Shown: positions 1-13,267, numbered from the whole stretch's first letter. The stretch is 63,612 nucleotides of DNA, filler included, from Octopus bimaculoides (GCF_001194135.2; 7 parts of 7 records of this genome joined end to end with filler, not necessarily neighbours in it); one strand, 5' to 3'. Notes: generated from the sequence alone by a model not told the origin. Made by a program: numbers and translations.

Positions 1-414
1 TTTTTTTGTATGATTGTGTATAGAGGAATATATTATTTTGTTTAAAAGAGTTCCAACACTGTCTGTTTTTTATGTTTTATTTATATTCCTGCAGAACCAA
101 TGTGGGATATAGAATATGGAATATACAATATATAATATAATATACAATATATAATATAAAATAAAATAAAAATGGATGGCACCATGAAATAAAGTATTGA
201 ATGTAGATGAAATATTGAGTGTTCAATATAAAGGATCAAATATATAAATATAAATATATAAAGGCGACTCGAGTTTCAGGGTTATTTCCCTTGGTCATGG
301 CCGGTATGACAGACTTTAACGATATATATATGTACGCATAATAGTGTGTGTGTGTGTGTGCGCGCGCCTGAGTGTGTGTGTGTATTTGATATGTATGCAT
401 GTATATATGTACGC

Positions 415-615
415 ATTGTGTTTGTCCCCTATCACCTCTTGACAACGGTGTTGGATTGTTTACATCCTCGTAACTTAACGGTTGGGCAAAAAGCACTGAT
501 AGAATAAGTACCAGGACTTAAAAATAGGGTCCTGGGATCGATTTGTTCGAGTAAAGCCTTCAAATCAGTGCTCCAGCATGGCTACAGACCAATGACTCAA
601 ACAGGTAAAAGATAA
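415..615 (+). mobile_element. SINE family A, 3' half
   Basis: Matches the tail of the copies at 9040-9345 and 10425-10790 (gtaactta.cggtt.ggcaaaa...gatagaataagtac...gctccagcatggc...aatgact.aaaca.gtaaaaga). Confidence 0.75.
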
Positions 616-764
616 TAAAAAAACAAAAATAAACGCTACGGAAGACAGTTAGTTGAACAGGCGAAGGGAGGTAACTTAAACTAATTAATCTCGTTGGAAA
701 GCTGTGCGAATTCTTCGCTATTTATCCCAAACAGAATGTTGCGAATATAAGTTGTGGGCATTCA

Positions 765-902
765 CATACATAAATACATACATACATTTATATATATATG
801 TGCGTGTGTGTGTGTGTATATATACACACACACATATATATGCATATATATACATATATATAAATACATACATATATACATATACACATATACATATATA
901 TG

Positions 903-936
<34 letters not shown>

Positions 937-1160
937 TATATATATATACATGCATATAAACATATATATACATACATACATATAAACATATATATACATA
1001 CATACATATAAACATATATATACATACATACATATAAACATATATATACATACATACACATAAACATATATATACATACATACACATAAACATATATATA
1101 CATACATACACATAAACATATATATACATACATACACATAAACATATATATACATACATA
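765..1160. repeat. Compound (TA)/(CA)/(TACA) microsatellite with a 26-nt higher-order unit
   Basis: From about 955 to the gap the unit cataaacatatatatacatacataca repeats about 8 times. Confidence 0.9.
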
Positions 1161-1769
1161 NNNNNNNNNNNNNNNNNNNNNNNNNNNNNNNNNNNNNNNN
1201 NNNNNNNNNNNNNNNNNNNNNNNNNNNNNNNNNNNNNNNNNNNNNNNNNNNNNNNNNNNNNNNNNNNNNNNNNNNNNNNNNNNNNNNNNNNNNNNNNNNN
1301 NNNNNNNNNNNNNNNNNNNNNNNNNNNNNNNNNNNNNNNNNNNNNNNNNNNNNNNNNNNNNNNNNNNNNNNNNNNNNNNNNNNNNNNNNNNNNNNNNNNN
1401 NNNNNNNNNNNNNNNNNNNNNNNNNNNNNNNNNNNNNNNNNNNNNNNNNNNNNNNNNNNNNNNNNNNNNNNNNNNNNNNNNNNNNNNNNNNNNNNNNNNN
1501 NNNNNNNNNNNNNNNNNNNNNNNNNNNNNNNNNNNNNNNNNNNNNNNNNNNNNNNNNNNNNNNNNNNNNNNNNNNNNNNNNNNNNNNNNNNNNNNNNNNN
1601 NNNNNNNNNNNNNNNNNNNNNNNNNNNNNNNNNNNNNNNNNNNNNNNNNNNNNNNNNNNNNNNNNNNNNNNNNNNNNNNNNNNNNNNNNNNNNNNNNNNN
1701 NNNNNNNNNNNNNNNNNNNNNNNNNNNNNNNNNNNNNNNNAATGTAATCGATAGGTAGAACTACATACT

Positions 1770-2791
1770 TTAGTATTTAGTTGACATTCCCTTTGCAGTT
1801 TTTAATTCAGAAACTCTTTTTGGCATTGAACTGATGAGCTTTGTGATTGTCTCTTGTGGAATTTCTGCTCACTTTTCACACAACAATCGAAACAATTCAT
1901 CTTTAGATTTAGGTTTCTGTCGAGTTTTTCGTATAGCTCTATCTTGTATGCTCCAAAGATTTTCAATTGGGTTCATGTCAGGAGATTGGCTCGGCCAAGG
2001 AAGCTTTTTGATCCCATTTTCAGTCAGCCATTGTTGATTCCTTTCCGCTGTGTGGCATGGAGCCCCATCTTCCATAAATAAAAACTCGCTGTTATCGTGT
2101 GAATACATCGGAAGTAGTCCTTGCTTAAGTATTTCGATGTATGTTTCAGAGTTTATGTTTCCAACACATTCGATTAGCTCAGAACGACCATTGCTGGTGA
2201 CAGCTCCCCATGCCATTACAGAGATACCGCCATGTGTCACAGTTGGTTGGAGTCGTTTCAAATCAAATTCTTGATTGGAAAGCCTCCAGACCCAAACACG
2301 TCCACTGTCTGAAAATAATGCAAATCTGGATTCATCTGAGAAAATCACTCTATCCCAAAATGAACTGGATTTTTCTGACATCTCCTTAGCCCATTTCTTT
2401 CTTTTCATGATATTAATTGGTCGAAGGAGAGGTTTGCTTCTAACTGTTCGTCCATAATACCTAAACTTATGCAGATATGTAACACACGTTCTTGGACTAA
2501 CTATTATGTAACGTCAGAAGCCTTCGAAAGGGGTTCGTTTTCCACAATTCTCTTCAAACAGCGAAGCTCCCTTTCCGAGGGCCCAGATCGGCCGGGACGA
2601 GAATCTGTTGATTCTTTTCCTTGACTTTTGAATTGCACTATAATTCTATTAACAGTAGCAAGAGGAATTTGAAGATTTTCAGCTACGTTTCGCTGGCTAA
2701 GACCAGCCTCAGATTGCCCAACAATACGACCTCTTTGGAAATGTGACAGTTCTGCTGAATTTTTTGTGCATGGGATGGTTAATCTTCGCAA
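1770..2791 (-). mobile_element. Tc1-family (DD34E) transposase, disrupted
   Basis: N-terminal HTH ORF 2504-2791 ([11 protein letters not shown]...[11 protein letters not shown]). Catalytic ORF 1869-2408 has [22 protein letters not shown] and [15 protein letters not shown], with 34 residues between D and E. A frameshifted C-terminus SMPKRV...GMSTKY* ends at 1770. Gaps flank both sides, so no TIRs are visible. Confidence 0.92.
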
Positions 2792-3429
2792 ATGTTTAAG
2801 ATCGNNNNNNNNNNNNNNNNNNNNNNNNNNNNNNNNNNNNNNNNNNNNTTAATTAATTAANNNNNNNNNNNNNNNNNNNNNNNNNNNNNNNNNNNNNNNN
2901 NNNNTATAAAGAGAGAGTGAGAGAGAGAAAGAGAGAGAGACGCATATATATTACATATAAGCATGTTATAATAATTCTACTGTCATCCCGCTACTGAGCC
3001 AGTCCGTAACGCTTCCATGTGATTAGTTGAAAGGGGAAGGGGAGGAGAGGAGAGGGGAAATAGGGGAGAGGAGGAGGGTGGTGAGTGAAATGTATCATTT
3101 TCTATCTAAGTTTTTTCTTCCATTACTTAGCCCGTCTGTAACGCTTTCAAGTGATTAGTTGGAGGGAAAGGCGAAGAGCGAAAAAAAAAAAAACGAAAGA
3201 AAAAGAGAGTAAGGTGAACAGTGAGAGAGAAAAAGTGTTAAGTCTATAAAAAGTATTAAGTCTATGAAAGAGTATTAAGTCTATAAAATTGTGCTTAAAG
3301 TATATAAAATGTATATATATATGAAGTACATTAAGTAATCGTATTTCAATTACCTCCATTTTTCGATGATTTGCAGATGAGCGACTATCTTTTGATATAG
3401 ACACAACACAGGCTACGCTTTCAGATTCT

Positions 3430-4502
3430 TTTGGATAAAGTTTTCAGAAATAACCCAGTAAGTTGACCATTAATTCCGTGACCACAATTGTAGCATTCTA
3501 TATTTTTAAACGAACAGTTATTTTTTTTTTAATGTAGACCACCGCACACATAACATAGATTTGGCCTTGTTATTTATTTTTTTTTTTTTGCCAGTTGTCT
3601 TATTCGTTATCGGTCGACGGGCTTGAATCCGAGAACAATCTTTCTCTTCAATTTTATTTGCGTCATGTCGTAGATTAATAATCCTCTGATATTCTTCTGC
3701 TCCTGCTTGTACAGTTAATTTTTGGTCCTGTTCTAATTTTGTTAATATCCGGGAACGCATATCTGCATCTTTGCTTGCAGTAAGTCCTTGAACAAAAATT
3801 AAAGACTTGAACATGTTCGGAGTCAACTCAATCAATTTGAATTTCTCACACTTTCTGTTAACCACTAAGGCATATGTGACGAAATCTTCAACATATTTTT
3901 TGACTAAATTTAAGCATTGCCAGCGAGTATTGAACAGGAAACTTTTTTCACTGAAAATTTTCGATAAAATATTGTCTCATCGAAATAAATCTCACCTGGC
4001 TTCTTCGGCAGAAAATAATTACTATATTTTTCGCGTTCGGCAGGGGATATTTTTCTTAAAAGTAATCATACTTTTTTCTCGTTGGACCAACTTTTACACT
4101 TTTCTTCGAAAATATGCAGAGAAAGAAATACCTTCTGGGTTGTATTTGAATTCTCCAATTGAGTTTGCTACGAACCTAAAGTATTTTCAGACTTCTTCAA
4201 CATTAATTCCAGCAACTGTTGGTTTTGTTTTTGTTGCTGTTGTAGTTGCTGCTGTTGCTGTTGTAGCTGCTGCTGTAACTGCAGTTGTTGTTGCAACTGC
4301 ACCACAGAGGCCAATAAGTCTTCCATGTTAAAACGATTTTTTTCTCTGGTTTCATAACAAAAACTGAAAAAGTTTTAAACGTCTAACGCAAGCTTCGAAT
4401 AACTCGTCACCACTTTTATATCCTTGTATTTGATATATAATATAACGAAGCAGGCGGGTAGGGCAGAAAGTATATACATGACACATTACTATTACTATTA
4501 CA
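3430..4502 (-). mobile_element. Ty3/Gypsy LTR retrotransposon remnant (gag, PBS-like site, short LTR-like segment)
   Basis: Minus frames read EFKYNPE..SFSAYF, KPGEIYFDET, LFNTRWQCLNL and FKSLIFVQGLTASKDADMRSRILTKLEQD, typical of K02A2.6-like gag. PBS-like tggtgacgag at 4403-4412 (minus). TG...CA-bounded segment at about 4425-4502. Confidence 0.7.
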
Positions 4503-4659
4503 CGAGACTCAACGCTCTATATCAAATGCTCACAGTGGACTGCTACCAACACGAACTGCCAATCGTTCACAGTTCTTTGTTTTATAACAATGAGACAGTC
4601 CACCTTCAGTTACTTGAGGGCTGGTCGGAATCCTACTACAACAAATACTATGCAATCCA

Positions 4660-5063
4660 GGAGCTTTACCTGTTCTACTTTTATATAACGTCAGATTTAC
4701 TTCTTCAATGGAAGGTGTATCGTTCATGTGTTGCACTATCTTTCTTTGCGGAATGTTGTTTATGATATCCATGTTCACTATAGAAGTATTGTGGAAAAGA
4801 TCTGCAAAGTGTTCCCTCCATCTATTCATTATTCCAGGAGGCTCTTTAATAACCTCATTTCCATCTTTTGACTTCGAGAGAATATATGACGAAGATTGGG
4901 GTCCAAAAGTTTGCCGCAATAAACTATAAAACCTTTTAACGTCTTTCTTATCACAGGCCACCTGTACTTCCTCAGACACATTTCTACACCAAGAATCTTT
5001 AAGCCTCCTGAATTCTTTTTGCAAGTCTGCTTTCTGAGACTTGTACAGCTTTTCTAGTTGCAC
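4660..5063 (-). mobile_element. RTE-clade LINE ORF2 fragment
   Basis: ORF 4530-5063 reads KRFYSLLRQTFGP...IMNRWREHFADLF...PSIEEV...KAPGL, the endonuclease-RT linker and RT start. Confidence 0.8.
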
Positions 5064-5785
5064 TGTGTGTGTGTGTGTGTGTGTGTATGTGTGTGTGTGT
5101 ACAAATCTATTTTCTTATCTGATACTTTTTAGGTGAACTGTAGTAAACAAGTGCGTCAAATTCTATCCTTTGTATCAAAAAGTAACGTAGCGATTCGAAA
5201 CAATAGAAAACAATAAAATAAGGACAACATTGAAATGAATACTGGAGTAAATCTTATCCACCAAAATCGAACATGGAGCTCCAGAATGGCCGCAGTCCAA
5301 TGACGGGGAAATCAGTAAATGAGTTAAGCAGATGATTCAGTGGTAAGCGTAGATAAACAAGGATTGGATGTGGGTGTAATATGTCGGATATAAAGAGTTG
5401 CAAGTTGGCTTTTCAAGGTCTCATGTATTAAATCTGTTAGCATTAACTTGCTTGCTTATCCCAAGAGGGAAAATTGAAGTCATAATGGTTTCTTTTCCAT
5501 GATTATATCTTTTTGGTATTTTTAGAAATTAAATTTCAAAACTTCTTAGGTGCGGTGTAGTTAAGATGTTGACTTTGCAGCTACGTGATTTCGTGTTCAG
5601 GCCTACTGCGTGACATCTTGAGCAATTGTGTTATATTACAGTCCGAGGTCCACTAGTGTTTTGTATCTGAATTTGGGGTTAATTCGATCGTTCAAACCCT
5701 TAAAGACAGTGATTCAGGGGTAGAAACAAGTAAAATAACACAAAATATTAGGAAAGAAAAGAAGGTAATGTATTCATTAATTATC

Positions 5786-6393
5786 AATACGTTCTGGCAG
5801 ATTTGGACGTGATTATCTGATTGCTGTTGTAATTCGTCATCAGAGAACCCCCCCTAATCCCTAAAACGATGTGTAGTTGTAACAGACGCGATTCACCGGT
5901 GTAGGGGGATTCTGAGACGCCGAGACAACTCGACCCATCTGTGTGCCTCTTCAGCCAAAGTCATGTGTTATCCGTTTGACAGACATCACGTTCGAACCTG
6001 CCGAAACATATTAAGAATGAATAGATATGTTACTGTTTGAATCCTTGCTGTTCTGCGTGCACCCCATCAATTATATTTGTTTGGCAGACACTGGTACACA
6101 TCGGCAAATAATTTGTTTTCTAAATTCTATAAATAGGAGCTTCTGCACTTGTTGGAGTCATCGGTCAGGGTGGAGTGGCCTTCACTGAAGTCGAGACACT
6201 GCAGCACCTGCTAATTCACTTACACCAGTGTATCACATGTGTTATGAACATGCATCGTCTAATGGGAGGTGTTCTCCGATGACAAAAACAACAGTGATCA
6301 GATTTTCATATTCGAATCTGCCTGAACATATTAAGAAACTACTCATACGTCACGGTTTAGATTCCCGCGGTTCTGTGTACACCCAACGAATTA
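5786..6393. repeat. Complex direct and inverted repeat of a 60-100 bp module
   Basis: 5786-5849 (minus) is similar to 6271-6332 (plus). 5980-6073 is similar to 6298-6393 in direct orientation. Confidence 0.6.
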
Positions 6394-6796
6394 AAATGAA
6401 AATCTCACTTTGAAATCTAAGAATAGCAAATATGACGAAGACTTCTTGCAGAGGAAAACCACAATTTTAAAAATAACTATCGGATAGTTTTTAAGGAATG
6501 GTCCTTCTTTAGAAAGTGTTGCGTTGCTATTCTTAAATTTCAAACATTATTGTGTCCTTGAGTGTCATAAAAAAAAAAAAAAACACCCACTATAAGTTGT
6601 CTTCAGAAATTATACAATGGCACACGACGTTTTGAATATTTCACCCCCAGAATATATAATGTGTCTTATAACAATAAGACACATTGTGGCAGAGGAGGGG
6701 AGCATTAAACTGTTTGTGGGAGAGAATCTATTTATAGTTATATAGACAAGTATATACATATACATATCATATATGTTTACATCTATGTATATACAA

Positions 6797-6835
<39 letters not shown>

Positions 6836-7559
6836 CACACACAAACACGTATATACATACATACATATATATATATATCCATGCACACACATAAACACAC
6901 ACACACACACACATATATATACATATAAATCTACGTATGTATGTGTGTAGGTGTATACACACACACACACATACATACACAGATAAGAAAGGAATGATGT
7001 GGTATGCTCTCACGTACTTTCACGCACTCACACACATAATGCACACACACAGCATACCTCCATGAACAGCTAAAATAGAATGTATTGTCTGTCTGCATGT
7101 TTATCTATCTATCTATACACACATGCACACATACACATATATATTTGTGTATGTATATATATATATATATATNNNNNNNNNNTATATAATATATATGTAT
7201 GTATACATATCCATATGTATACATATATGCACACAGACACACAACCCAACTAAGTAATAAAGAAGTTTTTAACTGCAGAATGTCTACTATGTAAGGATTA
7301 CAAGACAGAATGCAAGTTTTATTTCCAACACATCGACAAAACAAAAGCTACTAAGTTGACTAGCCATGTATGGGATCGAAGGATTTAATGCACACCATAT
7401 GCAGCAAAGTGGAGCGTCGTGGAGAAACCTATGCTATATGTAAATGGCACAAAGAGTCGCAAGCTATGTGTAGCCGATAGATCACACTTTCTTTTTAGAT
7501 CGAAGGACTCCACCACATTACTTAATTACGGATTCGAAATTTTTACTAAATGCAAGCAC

Positions 7560-8020
7560 ATGGACAAATTTGCTTTGTCGAACTGGAGGACACACTCTCA
7601 GGATTGAGTAGCTGTCTCGCAGAGTTTGAACTCTTTGTTGTCTCGCAGAGTTTGGTCTCTTCGCTGTCCTGCAGAGTTTGGTCTCTTCGCTGTCTCGTAG
7701 AGTTTTATCTCCTCGTTGTCCTGAAAAGTTTGGTCTCCTCCTTGTTGAATCCTTCTACGCCAGCTAGATTAATTATGATTTCGACGGACAAAGTTGATGC
7801 AATTCTTGGTTTTCTATCTCACTTTTTTCCGTTTTTATTCACCATTCATTTTCTCGTTTCACTTCTTGCATCAACTTTCTTGTTTTTCTTCTCGTGTTGT
7901 CTCATATAGCAGCGTCCTGTTATTCAAATAAGGCCAACAATGTGTATTGAGCCTGGAGGATTGCTTCCATGAACAAAGCACCTTATATAAACCTGCCCAA
8001 TTATTGTTTTCACAGAATGA
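7560..8020 (-). mobile_element. Probable Penelope-like element 3' remnant with a 5 x 26-bp tandem array
   Basis: Minus strand reads AGLYKVLCS, resembling the GIY-YIG start G(V/I)YKIPC. Array gctgtctcgcagagtttggtctcttc x5 at about 7609-7740. Confidence 0.45.
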
Positions 8021-9039
8021 ATCTATTAGTAGATCATATGTAAATACTGTATATATATATATATATATNNNNNNNNNNNNNNNNNNNNNNNNNNNNNNNN
8101 NNNNNNNNNNNNNNNNNNNNNNNNNNNNNNNNNNNNNNNNNNNNNNNNNNNNNNNNNNNNNNNNNNNNNNNNNNNNNNNNNNNNNNNNNNNNNNNNNNNN
8201 NNNNNNNNNNNNNNNNNNNNNNNNNNNNNNNNNNNNNNNNNNNNNNNNNNNNNNNNNNNNNNNNNNNNNNNNNNNNNNNNNNNNNNNNNNNNNNNNNNNN
8301 NNNNNNNNNNNNNNNNNNNNNNNNNNNNNNNNNNNNNNNNNNNNNNNNNNNNNNNNNNNNNNNNNNNNNNNNNNNNNNNNNNNNNNNNNNNNNNNNNNNN
8401 NNNNNNNNNNNNNNNNNNNNNNNNNNNNNNNNNNNNNNNNNNNNNNNNNNNNNNNNNNNNNNNNNNNNNNNNNNNNNNNNNNNNNNNNNNNNNNNNNNNN
8501 NNNNNNNNNNNNNNNNNNNNNNNNNNNNNNNNNNNNNNNNNNNNNNNNNNNNNNNNNNNNNNNNNNNNNNNNNNNNNNNNNNNNNNNNNNNNNNNNNNNN
8601 NNNNNNNNNNNNNNNNNNNNNNNNNNNNNNNNNNNNNNNNNNNNNNNNNNNNNNNNNNNNNNNNNNNNNNNNNNNNNNNNNNNNNNNNNNNNNNNNNNNN
8701 NNNNNNNNNNNNNNNNNNNNNNNNNNNNNNNNNNNNNNNNNNNNNNNNNNNNNNNNNNNNNNNNNNNNNNNNNNNNNNNNNNNNNNNNNNNNNNNNNNNN
8801 NNNNNNNNNNNNNNNNNNNNNNNNNNNNNNNNNNNNNNNNNNNNNNNNNNNNNNNNNNNNNNNNNNNNNNNNNNNNNNNNNNNNNNNNNNNNNNNNNNNN
8901 NNNNNNNNNNNNNNNNNNNNNNNNNNNNNNNNNNNNNNNNNNNNNNNNNNNNNNNNNNNNNNNNNNNNNNNNNNNNNNNNNNNNNNNNNNNNNNNNNNNN
9001 NNNNNNNNNNNNNNNNNNNNNNNNNNNNNNNNNNNNNNN

Positions 9040-9345
9040 TACTATAGCCTCGGGCCGACCAAAGCCTTGTGAGTGGATTTGGTAGACGGAAACTGAAAGA
9101 AGCCCGTCGTATATATATGTATATATATATGTGTGTTTGTGTGTCTGTGTTTGTCCCCCCAACATCGCTTGACAACCGATGTCTGTGTGTTTACGTCCCC
9201 GTAACTTAGCGGTTCGGCAAAAGAGACCGATAGAATAAGTACTAGGCTTACAAAGAATAAGCCCTGGGGTCGATTTGTTTGACTAAAGACGGTGCTCCAG
9301 CATGGCCGCAGTCAAATGACTGAAACAAGTAAAAGAGTAAAAGAA
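9040..9345 (+). mobile_element. SINE family A (5' end lost in gap)
   Basis: actatagcctcgggccgaccaaagccttgtgagtggatttggtagacggaaactga...gtaacttagcggttcggcaaaagagaccgatagaataagtact; CpGs intact. Confidence 0.85.
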
Positions 9346-9832
9346 TATGTATATAATCTTTGGACTAACAATGCTTGCGGCTGAGGAGAGCTTTACACAA
9401 TCTGTTATATCAATTATATACCTATGGTGATGTAATAACAGATTGTTTATAAAGCTTGAAATACGTGTACCGCGATATCCTTTGTGTTCTGGATTTAATT
9501 TATGTTTTATATATATATATATACGTATATGAATATGTGTGTGTATATATATATATGCACGTATGTATGTATACACATAAATATATGCAATATGCATAAC
9601 GTATATTACAATTTCCGTTTATGAAATTCTGACTCCCAAAGTATTAACCAAACCAACCAATGCAAGAAGGCTCATACCAAGGATCTTCGGGGTCTGTTAA
9701 CCTGTTAACAACACAGTTACGCTAGCCTACAGTTATCTATTTGTATATTTATTTATTTATTTATTTATATGTGTATTTAGGTGTTTCAGTTTGTCTGACT
9801 GATCTATTATGAAGCAGTTTTAACAGCTTTAA

Positions 9833-10074
9833 CCCTGTTATTGCGGAAATCAGATATTTCCACTCGAAAATTTCACCCCTTAACTACGGAAAGCAGTATT
9901 ACATACCAATCTATCTTTCGTTGAGGAATGTCATGTATGAAACTATTTTTCGTTGAGATATGTCAAGCTTACTGAGGCAAACGTCACTAGCAGAAAATAC
10001 CGATTCTGTTTTTTTGGTAGATATTTAACATCATTACTAGAATAACCATGAAATGTAATTTCGCACTTAAAGGG
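9833..10074. mobile_element. piggyBac-type MITE
   Basis: TTAA|CCCT...AGGG|TTAA with imperfect TIRs (ccctgttattgcg / cgcacttaaaggg); no ORF. Confidence 0.6.
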
Positions 10075-10248
10075 TTAAACCGCTTTTATTGTGTGTGTGT
10101 ATAGTGGTGGGGGTACGCAGGAAGTTGTTACTCTAGGCGTTAATGAGAATATCAATTTCAGTCCCTGGAAAGTTTCACACAGTAAGTATAGTCATACACA
10201 TACACGCATACATACATACATACATACGTACGTACGTACATACATACA

Positions 10249-10279
<31 letters not shown>

Positions 10280-10424
10280 TTATGTGTACGCACCCGTGTG
10301 TGTGTGCGCGCACGCTTGTGTGTTTATGGGGGTGTGTACGTGTGTGTGTCTGTCTGTCTGTGTGTATGTGTTATTACTCTATATAGATATATACACATCT
10401 ACACACACACACAGACACACATAT

Positions 10425-10790
10425 GGTTGTATTTTAAGTAGCCTGCTTACCAACCACATGGTTCCGGGTTCAGTCCCACTGCGTGGCAGCTTGGGCAAGT
10501 GTCTTCTACTATAGCCTCGGGCCGACCAAAGCCTTGTGAGTGGATTTGGTAGACGGAAACTGAGAGAAGCCCGTCGTATATATGTGCGTGTGCAAGTGTG
10601 CGTGTGTGCATATGTATGTATATGTTTGTGTGTTTTTGTTTGTCCTCCCAATATCACTTGACAACCAATGCTGGTGTGTTTACGTCCCCGTAACTTAGCG
10701 GTTCGGCAAAGGAAATCGATAGAATAAGTACTAGATTTGCTTGGCTAAAGGCGGTTGTCCAGCGTGGCCGTTGTCAAATGACTGAAACAA
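10425..10790 (+). mobile_element. SINE family A, near full length (tRNA-derived head)
   Basis: B-box-like ggttccgggttcagtccc head, internal (TG)n, conserved tail. Confidence 0.85.
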
Positions 10791-10792
10791 TT

Positions 10793-10877
<85 letters not shown>

Positions 10878-11999
10878 AGGGGAGGAGGAGGAGGAGAGAA
10901 CTTCGGCCAACATCGATCGAGTTTATGTGATGTGCATTGTAGCATTGGAATGACTTGAGTGTAAGCGTTTTGAGATAATTCCTCGAACCAAAAACTTGAA
11001 TGGGACCGTTTTAAAATAAGCCCTGTTATGATGAACTGGATATGAGCATTTTAGGATAATCCTTGTAATGAAGAATTGGATAAAGATAATTCCTTGTAGT
11101 GAAGTCGTGTCATGTGTTTCGGTTATTTTGTAATTGTTCTCTGGGATGTTTAATTTCTTAGAGTAGTTTGTTTGGTGTGGGAAAACACTGGAGTTGGTGG
11201 GATACAGAATTCTAAATGGGATTGTGCAAATGCAGAAGACAGAGGGATATCGACAGCTGGTTCACTGAACTGGAAATGTCTAAAAATCGGAGAGTTTAAG
11301 CTGCTGGTGATGTCGACTCTATTGAACTAAGCTCTCTTGTCGAAGATTTTGACAATTATTCCGAAGATTATAAGGGACACACAACAAAGTCGAAACGCAG
11401 GTGTCTCCAAGCCTCCTTTCCCAATGAATCGAATGTGTCATGAACACACATTCGTCTGAAAAGAGTTGCTTACCATCATCAAATACAACAACGATTAACA
11501 CATTTACGTCCGAATATGTTGGACGTATTACGAATGAAAATGTGTCATTATTTTGATTCTCGATGTTCACCGTGCAAACGATAATTTATTATCGGTTGGC
11601 AGACATCAACACGCATCAGTTTGAAGAATCCTATCAACAAGAGACAAAAATCCTTGTTATATTCATTGGCCCGGAGAGGTTTTATTTGAAGAGATACACA
11701 ATAAGTTCGAAACACCGATTAGCAAACTGACGTTCGAACGTATTTAAAATGAATATGTTTCCCACGCGCATGATTTATTGTTCCTAAGATATTGATATTG
11801 TTTAACGCCATGCGAGAAGTTCTACAAAGAGCAGAGATATGGTTGGTTAAGAGTTTCCTCTTTTTTAAAGCAGTTGAGCTCACAATCCTCCTTGTTTAGC
11901 AACTATGTTGTTTACTTTTGCCTATTAAATTACAGCATATAAGTCAGACTGAAGCAGTATCGAATAACTTACATCATTTAAGTTTTCTAAACCTTACAA

Positions 12000-13070
12000 A
12001 TGTCTATGAATATTTTCATCTTTACGTAGATCAGTGACGTAGCCTGGCTTTTGGCCGGCCCTTCCTTAAGCCTACAGGACTTCAACGAAAGTGGCCACTC
12101 TGTGCATTCTGCACACCCCGAACTTCCTATATTATGTCACTGTTCAAGATATTGTTTGTGTAAGTTATGAAAAGAAATGAGCCCAACATAGTGCTTTGAA
12201 GGGCATCAGTAATAATAACTTTTTCTAGACTTGAATGGGTACCGTCGATCACAACGTGTTGGGTTTCGTTAACCAGAAAACAATCTAATGCGTCATTTCC
12301 GAGGAAGTTGCATAATTTTCCTCTGTTTCCCCTCACCCCATGTTTTACCTTCACCTTACTCTCGCCTTCATTCGCTTCTCCTACTCATTCCATTCCTCTT
12401 TTCTTGTACCTCACTCACCCATCTCTTACTCCTACTACTTCCTGTCCACGTTTAAAGCTTTCGAGATTTTGCGTTCCTTAGCGGTCAGTTTTTCTACCTT
12501 AGAGGATGTAAAAAATTTACTGTTTCCAATTTCACTCCTGTCAACTTTTCCTTGGAGAAGAACTCTCTCCGAAACGACAGATTTTTCACTCTTCACGGCA
12601 AGTTCACTGAAGGGCTGTGCTTCAGTCTTTTTCAAATTATTAAAAATGTCATCAAAGAATTGTGGGACCTGTATCAAGCAATCTCCCATCCACCGAAAGC
12701 TATGCTGACTGGAATTTAAGAGAGTGACACTCTCAAAGAGGTCGGTTTTTATTCTATTCTATCCCACTATCTCTGAGATAAGTGAGGTCGGACGGTAGTT
12801 CACAGCAAGCGACTTATTCCAGTGTTCAAAAACTGGGGTAACAATCATACAGCGAATATTCGCACACATAGCCTGCGTCTAGCGATTTTGGGTAAATTTT
12901 TACGAGATGGTCGTATTACTAAAAGTTTGTTAGGAAAAGGACACGAAATTGGTAGTGGTGATGGTGGAGATGGCAGGTCAAAACGTTGAATTTAATTTTC
13001 TCCGTCATACAGTTTTGCTCTCCTGTTGTTTGATTGTTGACGTCGGTTTCCAATGTAATCTGATTATATT
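12000..13070 (-). mobile_element. Decayed CR1/L2-like LINE reverse transcriptase
   Basis: Minus frames read IVTPVF...NYRPTSL, CLIQ..QFFDDIFNNL, HGVRG...NFL..ETQHVVIDG and ALQSTMLGSFLFITY (degenerate GVPQG.VLGP.LF). Stops and frameshifts present. Confidence 0.7.
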
Positions 13071-13097
13071 TTGTTGCTCTCGATAGTGTTTTAATCA

Positions 13098-13137
<40 letters not shown>

Positions 13138-13266
13138 CGAAATCCCCCCCCTTTTCTCCCGCGATCCCTTTTGATCAAAATTATCCCCCCCTTTCCCCCC
13201 CAAAGAAAAGCTCTACATTGTATTTTGTCCATTTTCTGTATTTAGCCCTGTGTGGCTATAATAAAA

Positions 13267-13267
<1 letters not shown>
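13138..13267 (+). mobile_element. Probable 3' UTR end of an L1/Tx1 LINE inserted in a (TATC)n tract
   Basis: C-rich tracts, then ttgtattttgtcc...gccctgtgtggctataataaaaa, with (TATC)n on both sides. Family assignment is from recall. Confidence 0.5.

Noticed and set aside
704-1159. Long Y/I/H/T/C/V-rich ORFs here and at many other loci, plus all X-filled ORFs
   Set aside because: These are translations of (TA)/(CA)/(TACA) microsatellites or N gaps, with no splice context or homology.
7609-7740. Regular repeat array as a possible CRISPR
   Set aside because: Units are contiguous with no unique spacers, there are no cas genes, and the DNA is eukaryotic.
11360-11410. Hammerhead-like ccgaaga...gtcgaaacg
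   Set aside because: The core is CCGAAGA rather than CUGANGA and no convincing stem II or stem I forms. The similar tgaagtcg...cgacgaaac near 63330 also lacks the core.
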